This document shows, piece by piece, positions 14,349 through 24,260 of a stretch of DNA of 32,000 nucleotides; positions within the stretch are counted from its first letter, which is position 1; every line of letters starts with the position of its first letter. Position numbers and translations under genes: made by a program. This stretch comes from Microcystis aeruginosa NIES-2549. Lineage in GTDB: Bacteria > Cyanobacteriota > Cyanobacteriia > Cyanobacteriales > Microcystaceae. Location: assembly GCF_000981785.2 (NCBI RefSeq), contig NZ_CP011304.1:1530001-1562000 (forward strand), read 5' to 3'. The notes under the pieces were generated by a model. The model was given only the letters and a program-made list of their open reading frames with translations. It was not told the DNA's origin and searched no databases.

Positions 14349-16919
14349 ATGACTTATCTTGTTGAACATCCTTCTACAACCTTTTATTCCTATACCGATA
14401 CGGGGGTCGATCCCCTGAAAACCGCTCACGGAGTTTATATCACGGTTCACGGACATTTTTACCAACCACCGCGAGAAAATCCCTATCTAGACAGAATTGA
14501 ACGGCAACCGAGCGCCCATCCCTTCCATAATTGGAATGAACGCATCCATCACGAGTGTTATCGTGCCAATGCTTTTGCACGCATTTACAATGACCGGGGG
14601 GAAGTAATCAAAATAGTCAATAACTACGAATATCTCAGCTTTAACATCGGGGCCACCCTAATGTCATGGATGCAATACCATGATCCCGAAGTTTACCAAC
14701 GCATCCTGACAGCGGATCAAAAAAGTTGTCAACGCTTAAACGGTCATGGTAACGCCATCGCCCAGGTCTATAATCATATCATTCTGCCCCTAGCCAACAA
14801 ACAGGACAAATACACCCAAATTCGCTGGGGAAAAGCCGATTTTCAGCATCGTTTCGGCCGTGATCCCGAAGGAATGTGGTTAGCGGAAACAGCCATTGAT
14901 TTAGCCACAGTGACAGCTTTAATCGATGAGGGGATTAAATTCACCATTTTAGCCCCTTCCCAGGCCCTGCGCTGTCGTCCTTTCCCTAGCGACCATGATC
15001 CCCATCCCCAATGGCACGCGGTGGCCGGAGGTCAAATCGATCCCACCCGTCCCTATCGCTGTTACATCCCCGATGGTCGTTATCTGGATATTTTCTTCTA
15101 CGATGGTCCAATTTCTCGGGATATGGGCTTTAATGATGTCCTAGCCAGCAGTGATTTTCTCGTCGGTCGTCTGGGACAGGCAATTAAAGGGGATCATCGT
15201 CCCTCCCAGTTAATCAGCGTCGCTACCGATGGGGAAACCTTCGGCCACCACAAACAGGGGACAGAGAAGTGTCTTAGCTATGCTTTTACGGAATCTTTCC
15301 CTAAAAACGGCTGGACAGTCACCAATTTTGCCCATTATCTCAGTATTTGCCCCCCCACTTGGGAAGTGGAATTAAAACCCGTGACCGCATGGAGTTGCTT
15401 CCATGGCGTAAATCGTTGGCAGGATGACTGTGGTTGTGGGGGAGGGGGAAATTACCAGCAAAAATGGCGTAAACCCCTGCGGGAGTCCCTAAATTGGCTC
15501 AGAGATGAGTTAATTAAGGTTTATGAGATTCAGGGACGGGAATTTTTCCGGGATCCTTGGCAGACAAGGGATGACTACATTGCAGTTATTTTAGATCGAT
15601 CCCCAGACGCGATCGAACATTTCCTCGCTTTGCATCAAAGTCGCAACCTGAGTAAAAGCGAGAAAATCGATGCTTTGCGTTTATTAGAAATGCAAAGACA
15701 GGCTTTATTGATGTTTACCAGTTGTGGCTGGTTTTTTGAGGAAATTTCTCGACCTGAAGGCACGCAAATTTTGAGATATGCTGGCCGGGCCCTGGAATTA
15801 GCCGGAGAAGTGGCCGGAATTCAATTAGAAATGAATTTCCTCAGTCGTCTAGCTTTCGCTTCCAGTAACGTTAAGTTATATCAAGATGGGGCTGATGTCT
15901 ATCGACAATTGGTCACTTCTGCGCGGGTGGATTTGGAACAGGTGGCGGCCCATTACGCTATTAGTTCTCTATTTACCAATTATCCCAGTCATCATCGGAT
16001 TTATTGTTACAATACCCGTCAATTAGATTATCAAAAACAAGCGATCGGGTCTTTAACTTTAGCGGTGGGACAGGTGGAATTAACCTCGGAAATTACCCAA
16101 GAAAGTGAACATTTTGTCTTTGCTGTTCTACATTTAGGAGGTTGGGATTTTTACTGCTGTATTCAACCTTTTAACGGTCGGTTAATCTATACCAATCTTA
16201 AGGACCATCTCTTTGAATCTTTACAACAGGCCAGTGTCTCAACCATGATCGTAGAAATGGGGCGCGGATTGGGAGAAAACTTTTTTGCTTTACCCCATCT
16301 TTTTGCCGACGAAAGACACCGGATCATGCAGAAGGTGACAGCCGAAACTAAAAAACGTCTCGATCAATTATACACCCAAGTTTATCGGGATAATTACGGC
16401 ATTTTAGCGGCTTTCCAACGGGATGAGCTGCCCGTACCTCAAGAGTTACAGGTAGCGGCCGATATTGCCATTTCTCACCGTTGTTTACAGGTGATTAATA
16501 CCCTAGAAAAAGATTTTGAGCAGCGGCAAGCGACGGAAAATAATCTCGATCAATTATTGGCTATTGCTAAGGAAGCCAATCATTTACGCTGTCAATTAAA
16601 TATTCCCGAAGCGCGTCAAACCTTAGAAAGTCTGCTCTGGCAATCTCTTTGGAAATTATTACACGATGGCGATCCTTTAACGGCGGAGGAGGATACTCGC
16701 TTAATCACCCGTTTAATTGAAGTTAGCCAACAATTAAACCTAGGATTATCCCTCGATCGCTCTCAGGAATTATACTATAATTATTTCCACGAGCGTCTAG
16801 TTCCTAATTGTTTGCGGTCTAATTCAATAGATGCTTCCTGTCCCTGGCCGATGACTCAATTAAAATGGTTATTACTATTAGGACAGGTGTTAAAAGTTGA
16901 TGTGAGTATTTGGCTGTAA
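14349..16919 (+). CDS. Glycoside hydrolase family 57 protein with a DUF3536-type C-terminal region
   Basis: GH57 motifs HGHFYQPPRENP, GMWLAETA and TDGETFGHH. ATG 14349 (MTYLVEHPST) is preferred; the track start at 14253 is a GTG. Confidence 0.85.
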   Translation: MTYLVEHPSTTFYSYTDTGVDPLKTAHGVYITVHGHFYQPPRENPYLDRIERQPSAHPFHNWNERIHHECYRANAFARIYNDRGEVIKIVNNYEYLSFNIGATLMSWMQYHDPEVYQRILTADQKSCQRLNGHGNAIAQVYNHIILPLANKQDKYTQIRWGKADFQHRFGRDPEGMWLAETAIDLATVTALIDEGIKFTILAPSQALRCRPFPSDHDPHPQWHAVAGGQIDPTRPYRCYIPDGRYLDIFFYDGPISRDMGFNDVLASSDFLVGRLGQAIKGDHRPSQLISVATDGETFGHHKQGTEKCLSYAFTESFPKNGWTVTNFAHYLSICPPTWEVELKPVTAWSCFHGVNRWQDDCGCGGGGNYQQKWRKPLRESLNWLRDELIKVYEIQGREFFRDPWQTRDDYIAVILDRSPDAIEHFLALHQSRNLSKSEKIDALRLLEMQRQALLMFTSCGWFFEEISRPEGTQILRYAGRALELAGEVAGIQLEMNFLSRLAFASSNVKLYQDGADVYRQLVTSARVDLEQVAAHYAISSLFTNYPSHHRIYCYNTRQLDYQKQAIGSLTLAVGQVELTSEITQESEHFVFAVLHLGGWDFYCCIQPFNGRLIYTNLKDHLFESLQQASVSTMIVEMGRGLGENFFALPHLFADERHRIMQKVTAETKKRLDQLYTQVYRDNYGILAAFQRDELPVPQELQVAADIAISHRCLQVINTLEKDFEQRQATENNLDQLLAIAKEANHLRCQLNIPEARQTLESLLWQSLWKLLHDGDPLTAEEDTRLITRLIEVSQQLNLGLSLDRSQELYYNYFHERLVPNCLRSNSIDASCPWPMTQLKWLLLLGQVLKVDVSIWL

Positions 16920-16926
16920 AATCAGT

Positions 16927-16953
16927 CAAAGGGTGGGCAATGCTCACCCTTTG
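16927..16953 (+). terminator. Palindromic hairpin element immediately after the GH57 stop (CAAAGGGTGGGCAATGCTCACCCTTTG)
   Basis: A stem of about 10 bp (with one G-T pair) and a 3-nt loop, 8 nt after the TAA. There is no strong T tract, so it may be a REP-like element rather than a classic terminator. Confidence 0.5.
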
Positions 16954-17056
16954 ATGATTAAGTAGGTTAGGCGATGATTGCCCTGAAACTCAGGTTAACC
17001 CAGAGACTAAACCCTTAGATTTATAATAGATCACAAGTCTCTCATCGAAGGTTTAC

Positions 17057-18304
17057 ATGACTATCACGCCGATTTATACCGCCTCAGCCAGCACAGTAAC
17101 CCAGTATCCCGATGCTTTTGGGCGTTTTGGACGCTACGGGGGCAAATACGTCCCAGAAACCCTGATGCCAGCCTTAAGTGAACTAGAAACGGCCTATAAT
17201 CAGTATAAGGACGACCCCGATTTTCAAGACGAATTAAATCAACTGCTCAAGGATTACGTCGGTAGACCTAGTCCCTTATATTTTGCCGAACGTCTCACCG
17301 CCCATTATGCCAAAGCTGACGGCACTGGGGCGCAAATTTACCTAAAACGGGAAGATTTAAACCATACCGGGGCCCACAAGATTAATAACGCCCTTGGTCA
17401 GGTTTTATTAGCCAAACGCATGGGTAAAAAGCGAATTATCGCCGAAACTGGAGCAGGACAGCACGGCGTGGCCACCGCTACGGTTTGCGCTCGTTTTGGT
17501 CTAGAATGCGTGATTTATATGGGAATTCACGACATGGAACGCCAAGAACTCAATGTTTTCCGCATGAGACTGCTTGGCGCGACGGTGCAACCCGTGGCCG
17601 CCGGGACGGGAACCCTGAAAGATGCCACCTCGGAAGCGATTCGCGACTGGGTAACTAATGTGGAAACCACTCACTACATCCTCGGTTCTGTGGCCGGTCC
17701 CCATCCCTATCCGATGATGGTACGCGATTTTCATGCGGTTATCGGTCAAGAAACTCGTCAGCAAAGTCTGGAAAAATGGGGCGGTTTACCGGATATTCTC
17801 CTCGCTTGTGTGGGTGGTGGTTCTAATGCTATGGGTTTATTTCATGAGTTTGTTAAAGAAGCTGCCGTGCGTTTAATTGGTGTTGAGGCCGCCGGGGAAA
17901 GTATCGCTTCTGGAAAACACGCCGCCACCCTTACCCAAGGTCAACCGGGGGTTCTACATGGGGCCATGAGTTATTTATTACAAGATAACGAAGGTCAAGT
18001 TATCGAGGCCCACTCCATTAGTGCCGGTTTAGACTATCCCGGAGTCGGGCCAGAACATAGCTTTTTAAAAGATAGTGGTCGCGCTGAATATTACAGTGTG
18101 ACGGACAAGGAAGCATTAGAAGCTTTTCAACGAGTTTCCCGTTTAGAAGGGATTATTCCGGCCCTAGAAACTGCCCACGCTTTAGCCTATTTAGAAACTC
18201 TTTGCCCACAAGTGACCGGTAGTCCTCGCATTGTTATTAATTTCTCTGGACGGGGTGATAAAGATGTGCAATCGGTGGCTAAATATTTATCGATGAATGG
18301 TTAA
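17057..18304 (+). CDS. trpB: Tryptophan synthase beta chain
   Basis: 415 aa with the PLP-lysine motif [17 protein letters not shown], and typical TrpB sequence throughout. Confidence 0.95.
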   Translation: MTITPIYTASASTVTQYPDAFGRFGRYGGKYVPETLMPALSELETAYNQYKDDPDFQDELNQLLKDYVGRPSPLYFAERLTAHYAKADGTGAQIYLKREDLNHTGAHKINNALGQVLLAKRMGKKRIIAETGAGQHGVATATVCARFGLECVIYMGIHDMERQELNVFRMRLLGATVQPVAAGTGTLKDATSEAIRDWVTNVETTHYILGSVAGPHPYPMMVRDFHAVIGQETRQQSLEKWGGLPDILLACVGGGSNAMGLFHEFVKEAAVRLIGVEAAGESIASGKHAATLTQGQPGVLHGAMSYLLQDNEGQVIEAHSISAGLDYPGVGPEHSFLKDSGRAEYYSVTDKEALEAFQRVSRLEGIIPALETAHALAYLETLCPQVTGSPRIVINFSGRGDKDVQSVAKYLSMNG

Positions 18305-18339
18305 CAGTGAGCAGTTATCAGTTATCAGTTATCAGTGAG
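18305..18339. repeat. STRR-type heptamer array (CAGTGAG, CAGTTAT x3, CAGTGAG)
   Basis: Direct reading; the array starts right after the trpB stop. Confidence 0.9.
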
Positions 18340-18409
18340 AGGGATAAGCTATTGTGCATCTAAATTTGATATTCGTTTTGACCTGTTCCTCGTTCCAGAC
18401 TAGCTTAAT

Positions 18410-19399
18410 ATGAAAAGTTCTTTTAAGAAGGGTTATCAGTTAGGAATTTTGATGCTTGTATCGACAAGTTTAATGGCCTGTAGTGCCTTAAACTATAACT
18501 CTTTTACGGAACTCGTACCATCTTTCTCTCCCTCTCCCTCTCCTTCTCCTGTGGATGCGGCAACTTTACTTGTTTTAGAGAATAAAATCTATCAACAGGT
18601 CAATCGCTATCGTCAATCTCGCAATTTATCTCCCCTACTGTTAAATCCGGCAATTTCGCAACAAGCAAGATTACATAGCCAACGTATGGCCGCGGGTTTA
18701 GTTCCTTTTAGTCATCAAGATTTTGACAAAAGAGCGCAAACTATTGGTGTTTCAGTTCCCTATCAAGCAGTAGGGGAAAATCTGGCAGTTAATCAAGGTT
18801 ATGAGGACCCGGTAATGATTGCTGTGGATGGTTGGATTAAAAGTCAAGGTCATCGAGAAAATATCGAGGGAGATTTTGATAGTACTGGGATTGGAGTAGC
18901 GACGGATAATCAAGGAAAATTGTACTTTACTCAAATATTTTTAAAACGTCAATCCGCTCCCGTTTCTACTAATCCCCTTAGCTATGATCCTATCGGGAAT
19001 CAATCTTTTTTTATTACCCTCGAAGAAAACACTAATTATCAAGTTAATCGCTACCGAATTTCTCAAAATTTACCACCCCTACGTCTCGATGCTCGCATTA
19101 GTCACGAAGCTCGCTTATTTAGTCAAAAAATGGCCAATAAACAGGCTCCTTTTAGTCATGATGGTTTTGAGGGAAGAGTCAAGGCAGTACAAAGGAAGAT
19201 TCCTTTAGAAAAAATGGGCGAAAATTTGGCTTTTATGAAGGGATATCCTGACCCCGTGAGTGTTGCCGTCAAGGGTTGGATTAATAGTCCTGGTCATCAA
19301 AAAAATATGGTTGGTGATTATAATTTCACCGGTATCGGTATCGCTAAAAATAATGCTGGTGAATATTATTTTACACAACTTTTTGTTAAAAAGCATTGA
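18410..19399 (+). CDS. Lipoprotein with two tandem CAP/SCP (PR-1-like) domains
   Basis: Lipobox-like signal LMACS. Two repeats of N.YR.S.NL.PL....IS..ARL.S..MA....PFSH.....R...GENLA...GY.DPV..AV.GWI.S.GH..N... are present. Confidence 0.8.
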   Translation: MKSSFKKGYQLGILMLVSTSLMACSALNYNSFTELVPSFSPSPSPSPVDAATLLVLENKIYQQVNRYRQSRNLSPLLLNPAISQQARLHSQRMAAGLVPFSHQDFDKRAQTIGVSVPYQAVGENLAVNQGYEDPVMIAVDGWIKSQGHRENIEGDFDSTGIGVATDNQGKLYFTQIFLKRQSAPVSTNPLSYDPIGNQSFFITLEENTNYQVNRYRISQNLPPLRLDARISHEARLFSQKMANKQAPFSHDGFEGRVKAVQRKIPLEKMGENLAFMKGYPDPVSVAVKGWINSPGHQKNMVGDYNFTGIGIAKNNAGEYYFTQLFVKKH

Positions 19400-19456
19400 C
19401 AAAATCCCCCCGATGATATTTAAATTTAATTAGCAGTTTTTAACTATCAGCCTTTT

Positions 19457-19473
19457 CAGTTATCAGTTATCAG
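19457..19473. repeat. STRR-type heptamer (CAGTTAT) x2 plus a partial unit
   Basis: Direct reading. Confidence 0.8.
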
Positions 19474-19519
19474 GGAAATAAAGGCAGTCGTGCGATAGGC
19501 AAAAGCATTACAAATTTCC

Positions 19520-19568
19520 CTCCTGTCTCCTATCTCCTGTCTCCTATCTCCTGTCTCCTGTCTCCTAA
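19520..19568. repeat. STRR-type heptamer array (CTCCTGT/CTCCTAT) x7, ending 4 nt before the rnd-like start codon
   Basis: Direct reading of seven units at 19520-19568; ATG at 19573. Confidence 0.95.
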
Positions 19569-19572
19569 ATAT

Positions 19573-20202
19573 ATGAACTTAGACAATTTTCAAGTGTGCG
19601 ATCAAGATTTAAGCGATGACCTATTATCGCGTTATCTAGGGGTTAATTCGATCGCTGTAGATACAGAAACTATGGGATTAGTACCGGGGCGCGATCGACT
19701 GTGTTTAATTCAACTCTGTGACCCCAGTGGTTTTGTCACCGCTATTCGCATTTTTAGGGGGCAAACAGAGGCTCCTAATCTCAAAAAGGTCATGGAAGAT
19801 GAGCGGATAGAAAAAGTCTTTCATTTTGCCCGTTTTGATGTGGCTCAATTGTCCCATACTTTTGGCATTGCCACGCAACCGATTTTCTGCACCAAAATCG
19901 CCAGTAAACTGGCTCGGACTTATACTAGCAGTCACGGGTTAAAAAGTCTCGTGCAGGAATTGGAAGGCATAGAATTAGACAAAACCGCTCAAAGTTCTGA
20001 TTGGGGAAATGCCGCTAATCTTACCCCACAACAACTGAGTTATGCTGCTAACGATGTGCGCTATTTACTGTCAGTGCGGGATAAATTAATTGTGATGCTG
20101 CAAAGGGAAGAAAGATGGGAATTAGCCCAAAAATGCTTTAGTTGTATCCCCATCTTCACCGCTTTAGATTTACAGCAATACAAAGATATATTTGAGCATT
20201 AG
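19573..20202 (+). CDS. DEDDy 3'-5' exonuclease (RNase D-like)
   Basis: Exo motifs DTETMGL, HFARFDV and YAANDVRYL. Confidence 0.85.
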   Translation: MNLDNFQVCDQDLSDDLLSRYLGVNSIAVDTETMGLVPGRDRLCLIQLCDPSGFVTAIRIFRGQTEAPNLKKVMEDERIEKVFHFARFDVAQLSHTFGIATQPIFCTKIASKLARTYTSSHGLKSLVQELEGIELDKTAQSSDWGNAANLTPQQLSYAANDVRYLLSVRDKLIVMLQREERWELAQKCFSCIPIFTALDLQQYKDIFEH

Positions 20203-20360
20203 TCGGCAAAAGTTACGGTCTATTTAATAAGTAAATAGAAGATAGATTTTGTCGTTGATATCCCCTTAATAAGGGGGGTATCTGACAATTTTTAACACCC
20301 ACCCACTCAGTCCGATTGACTGCCAATCGAACTTTAAAAACCCAGTTATGGATTGTTTCT

Positions 20361-20388
20361 CCCCACTTCCCACTCCCCACTTCCCACA
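20361..20388. repeat. 14-mer tandem repeat (CCCCACTTCCCACT) x2
   Basis: Direct reading. Confidence 0.85.
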
Positions 20389-20505
20389 CCGATTACTGAT
20401 CACTGAAAATACTCCCTAGGGCTAAAAGCTGCCAAGATCACAAAAAAGACCGCTATGATCGAAAATAGAAATCATCGTCATTGGTAGAGAATAGGTAAAA
20501 AATCT

Positions 20506-21156
20506 ATGACATCTTATGCGGCCTCCTCTGCAAGAGCCGAAATGAGCGAACTTCGGCGCCTAAAAACCCTACTACCGCCAGAATTACAAAGTTGGGTAAC
20601 GGTAGAAGGTTCCACAGAGGTTAACCCCCCCCTGATCCGTTGTGAAGAAATTGGCAGAGACGAGGTAGAAATTCAGATAGATTTAGCCAAATGGGAAAAT
20701 TTAGCCATAGATCAGCGTAATTTGCTCTTTTGGCATGAAGTGGCCAGGATTCAAAATGATAGTATTCCGCGGGAAGGCTGGGAAATGGCCGCCCTCGCTA
20801 TTGGCTTAGGTGGTGCGGTGGGGGAATTATGGGTACAGGACGGGTTATTATTACTTTTGGCCATGGGACTATGTGGGATTTCCGGTTATCGTCTCTGGCG
20901 CAAAAATAATGGTGATAAAATTCTCAAAGAAGCGATCGAAGCCGATGAAAAAGCGATCGCTCTGGCCACCCGTTTCGGTTATTCTCTCCCCAACGCCTAC
21001 AAGAGCCTAGGCAGTGCCTTTAAAACCCTAATCGAACAAACACCCAACCGTCGTCTGCGTAAGCGTTATGAGACCCGTTTAGATGCCCTGAGAAAGAGTG
21101 CCGCCAAAGCGAAGGCCCAAACCCAAGGCCGTCCGCCCCTAGGGGAGATTCGTTAG
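20506..21156 (+). CDS. Conserved cyanobacterial hypothetical protein with central TM helices (DUF3318-like)
   Basis: 216-aa ORF with the hydrophobic pair AALAIGLGGAVGELW / LLLLLAMGLCGISGY. The family name comes from memory only. Confidence 0.5.
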   Translation: MTSYAASSARAEMSELRRLKTLLPPELQSWVTVEGSTEVNPPLIRCEEIGRDEVEIQIDLAKWENLAIDQRNLLFWHEVARIQNDSIPREGWEMAALAIGLGGAVGELWVQDGLLLLLAMGLCGISGYRLWRKNNGDKILKEAIEADEKAIALATRFGYSLPNAYKSLGSAFKTLIEQTPNRRLRKRYETRLDALRKSAAKAKAQTQGRPPLGEIR

Positions 21157-21270
21157 CCGATGATCACAGGTAATCTCTGACATTACCCATTGGTATTTGG
21201 GGAAAAGTGTAGTAAACATTTAAGTAGGTCATCAGGCCTTGCTCATCTATCAAACCACCTCGTTGTGTCG

Positions 21271-22266
21271 ATGACTTCCCCAATCCCTGAAACACGTTTT
21301 CTGATCATTCCGATGGAGTATCCAGTTTTGCGGATGCCGGAACGCTTGACTGTCTTGGAAGCAGTACAGTTCAAGGATCTGTTTCACCATCTCATCGCCC
21401 AAACACCCACTCCCGAAAAAGTCATTCTTGATCTAAATGCCACTCAATTTATGGACAGTAGTGGTGTGGGTGCTTTGGTGCATAATCTCAAAGCGGCCAG
21501 GGCAGAAAATATCGAGTTAGTGCTGGCTAACGTCCATCCCCCAGTGATGGGGGTTTTATCGATTACGGGACTAGATCAATTATTGACTTTCCAAACCCCC
21601 CCCCTAGCACCCCAAGAAAACGGCCTTACTGCCCCTGAAAACCATCTACCCGAAACCCATCCCTCAATTCGCAGTTGGTTAAAGCGCGGTCTTGACATTG
21701 TTGGTGGGACCGTGGGTTTATTAATCACGGGGGTTATTTTTGTCCCCATTGCCCTCGCTATTAAGTTAGACAGTCCAGGTCCAATTTTTTTCAGTCAAAC
21801 CCGCTGCGGTTGGTTGGGAAAGGAATTTAAAATTCTCAAGTTTCGTTCCATGTGTGTGGATGCCGAAGCACTCAAGGATAAAATCCCCAATCAAGCGGAG
21901 GGAGCTTTTTTTAAGAATAAAAATGATCCCCGGATTACCCGGGTAGGAAAATTTTTACGTCGTACCAGTTTAGACGAATTCCCCCAGTTTTGGAATGTGA
22001 TCACCGGTGAAATGAGTCTTGTCGGCACTCGTCCCCCCACACCCGATGAGGTGGAACGCTACGATGTTCCCCAATGGCAGCGTTTAGACGTAAAACCCGG
22101 TATGACGGGGGAATGGCAGGTGAATGGTCGCTCTCGGGTGAGTAATTTTGAAGAGGTAATTCAACTAGATTTGCGCTATCAAGAAAATTGGAGTTTAGGC
22201 TACGATCTACAACTGATTTTTAAAACAATTTTGATTCTCTTTCAAAAAAACAGTGGTGCCTTCTGA
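21271..22266 (+). CDS. STAS domain fused to a polyprenyl glycosylphosphotransferase (Bac_transf)
   Basis: The N-terminal STAS domain has the SpoIIAA-like DSSG motif (ATQFMDSSGVGALV). The C-terminal part has one TM helix plus KFRSM, DPRITRVGKFLRRTSLDEFPQ, SLVGTRP and KPGMTGEWQV motifs. ATG 21271 is preferred over the TTG at 21190. Confidence 0.85.
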   Translation: MTSPIPETRFLIIPMEYPVLRMPERLTVLEAVQFKDLFHHLIAQTPTPEKVILDLNATQFMDSSGVGALVHNLKAARAENIELVLANVHPPVMGVLSITGLDQLLTFQTPPLAPQENGLTAPENHLPETHPSIRSWLKRGLDIVGGTVGLLITGVIFVPIALAIKLDSPGPIFFSQTRCGWLGKEFKILKFRSMCVDAEALKDKIPNQAEGAFFKNKNDPRITRVGKFLRRTSLDEFPQFWNVITGEMSLVGTRPPTPDEVERYDVPQWQRLDVKPGMTGEWQVNGRSRVSNFEEVIQLDLRYQENWSLGYDLQLIFKTILILFQKNSGAF

Positions 22267-22705
22267 AGTCTTAAATTCCCCTTCTTCCCCCCTCCAATTC
22301 CATCTACAAGTCCGGACGGAATTGGCAGCTTTAATCCCAGTCCTACAATGGTTTGAATCTCACGGCCGTTCTTTTCTACCCGACTCGGCGCTTTGGCAGT
22401 GTAAGGTGGCTTTAGCGGAAGGATTTACTAATGCTGTCCGTTACGCTCACCAACATTTACCACCGACTACACTGATCGATCTAGAATTAACTTTACAGTC
22501 CCATTCTCTAGAAATAAGAATATGGGATCACGGTCAACCTTTTGATCTGCAAGCAAAACTTGATTCTCTACAACAACATCCCCTCGCACCTTTGGAAATG
22601 GAAAGCACTCGCGGATTACTTTTCATGCGTTCTTTTACTGATACTTTACAATATATCCGCACTGCCGAAGGGAGAAATTGTTTAATTCTCCAGAAAAGTT
22701 TTTAA
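22253..22705 (+). CDS. RsbW/SpoIIAB-like anti-sigma-type Ser kinase (HATPase_c)
   Basis: GTG start overlapping the upstream stop by 14 nt. N-box-like ALAEGFTNAVRYAH and G-box-like TRGLLFMRSFTD. Confidence 0.7.
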   Translation: MVPSEVLNSPSSPLQFHLQVRTELAALIPVLQWFESHGRSFLPDSALWQCKVALAEGFTNAVRYAHQHLPPTTLIDLELTLQSHSLEIRIWDHGQPFDLQAKLDSLQQHPLAPLEMESTRGLLFMRSFTDTLQYIRTAEGRNCLILQKSF

Positions 22706-22711
22706 GTCAAT

Positions 22712-24157
22712 TTATCCCCTGTTAGAAACTACGTCAATGGCACAGGTTTCCAGACGAGAAAAAAGAATTATGCCACCACCCACACCCCAGACAAGGGTGG
22801 GAAGATGTCCCCAGGGTGCTTTGAGAGAGAAAGTAATTTGATCGTAGTATAACCACGTGTTATTAACTCGCCAACCTACTTTTGACCCAAAATCGTTCCA
22901 TTTTTGTTGATCATAATTGCCGCTTCCTCCCAAACTTTCATAGATTCTTTTCTGAACAGATATACCTAATTTTCCCTGACTATATTTTAACCAGAGTTGA
23001 TTGATAGTGGCTAAATCTTCACAGGGAAAGTTATCTATGTTTTCTATCTTAAGATATTTTTCTTTAGTTCGATCGGCAACTTTTAAAAATAGATTAGCTG
23101 TTTCTTGATCTGCCTCTTGCCATTTTTCTTGCGCTAAGAAATCGCGTAGGTTAGTGTAATCAATAGCCCTAGCACTTTTGAGGTTAATTTCCTCCCTGGT
23201 GGCGGCTGGAAAAACTGGCAAAACCGTTTCTTGAATTGTGGCCTGTGATCGGGGTTTTGGCGGAATCACTGCGGCTAATTTTACTGCTAACTCTTGCAGG
23301 ACTTCCCCGGCTGATTGATAACGTTTTTTGGTGCCAAATTCAATTAATTTATCTAAAATTTCACCTAATTCAACACTAACAGGATTATTAATCAGGTGCT
23401 GTCTCCATACCCATTCATGTTCACTCACATCGAATAATTCAAAGGGAGATACTCCCGTCAATAAATAGATACAAGTGACTCCCAAACTATATAAATCACT
23501 GCTATTAATCGCTTTGCCATTGCCTTGTTCTGGGGCGATATATCCCGCCGAACCGATCACTGTTCCTGTCAGGGAAAGATTAGGAATGTTCATAAATTTA
23601 GAGGCACCAAAATCAACTAAAATTATTTTATTATCGCTGCTTCTTCTAATTATATTAGCTGGTTTAATATCCCGATGAATGACTCTTTTAGTATGGATAA
23701 AATCAAGAATTGGCAAAATTTCTAATAAAAGATATTTGATCTTTTCTTCATTGAAAACTCCTTCGCTTTGTAATTCTTGTTCTAGGTTTTGTCCCTCAAT
23801 ATATTCTTGCACAAGATATTGCCGCCCATCATTGCCGGTAAAATAGGCATAGAGGGAGGGAATTTGTGGGTGTTGACCGAGATTATCTAAACTAATCGCT
23901 TCTTCTTTAAATAATTCCGCCGCTTTCTTGAGAGCATTACTGCCTTGAGCGCTAGGAAAAAATTGTTTAATCACACAATAAGGTTTAGAAGGTTTATCCT
24001 CATCAATTGCTTGAAAAGTTTTACCAAAACCTCCTTGACCAATTAATTTTATAGCACGATAACGATCTTTGAGTAATAATTGAAAGCGACATTTTTGACA
24101 GAATTTATCTGTAGGATCATTGTTATGAAGACAATCAGGATTAAGACATAAACTCAT
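22712..24157 (-). CDS. Ser/Thr protein kinase with an N-terminal zinc ribbon and a C-terminal GUN4-like domain
   Basis: CLNPDC...CQKC ribbon. Kinase motifs GQGGFGKTF, HRDIKPANII, DFG and GSAGYIAPE. The C-terminal DYTNLRDFLAQEKWQEADQET...NFPCEDLATINQLWLKYSQGKLGISVQKRIY resembles GUN4. Confidence 0.85.
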   Translation of the reverse strand: MSLCLNPDCLHNNDPTDKFCQKCRFQLLLKDRYRAIKLIGQGGFGKTFQAIDEDKPSKPYCVIKQFFPSAQGSNALKKAAELFKEEAISLDNLGQHPQIPSLYAYFTGNDGRQYLVQEYIEGQNLEQELQSEGVFNEEKIKYLLLEILPILDFIHTKRVIHRDIKPANIIRRSSDNKIILVDFGASKFMNIPNLSLTGTVIGSAGYIAPEQGNGKAINSSDLYSLGVTCIYLLTGVSPFELFDVSEHEWVWRQHLINNPVSVELGEILDKLIEFGTKKRYQSAGEVLQELAVKLAAVIPPKPRSQATIQETVLPVFPAATREEINLKSARAIDYTNLRDFLAQEKWQEADQETANLFLKVADRTKEKYLKIENIDNFPCEDLATINQLWLKYSQGKLGISVQKRIYESLGGSGNYDQQKWNDFGSKVGWRVNNTWLYYDQITFSLKAPWGHLPTLVWGVGGGIILFSRLETCAIDVVSNRG

Positions 24158-24189
24158 AGCTGGTTTAAACAGGGATAGGGAAGATGTTT

Positions 24190-24245
24190 CAGTTATCAGT
24201 TCACTGTTTACTGATAACTGATAACTGATAACTGATAACTGATAG
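24190..24245. repeat. Inverted STRR block: CAGTTAT-type units followed by (CTGATAA) x4
   Basis: Sequence cagttatcagttcactgtttactgataactgataactgataactgataactgatag. The two halves are reverse complements in a shifted register and could form a hairpin. Confidence 0.9.
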
Positions 24246-24260
24246 CTAAATCGAGGTTTC

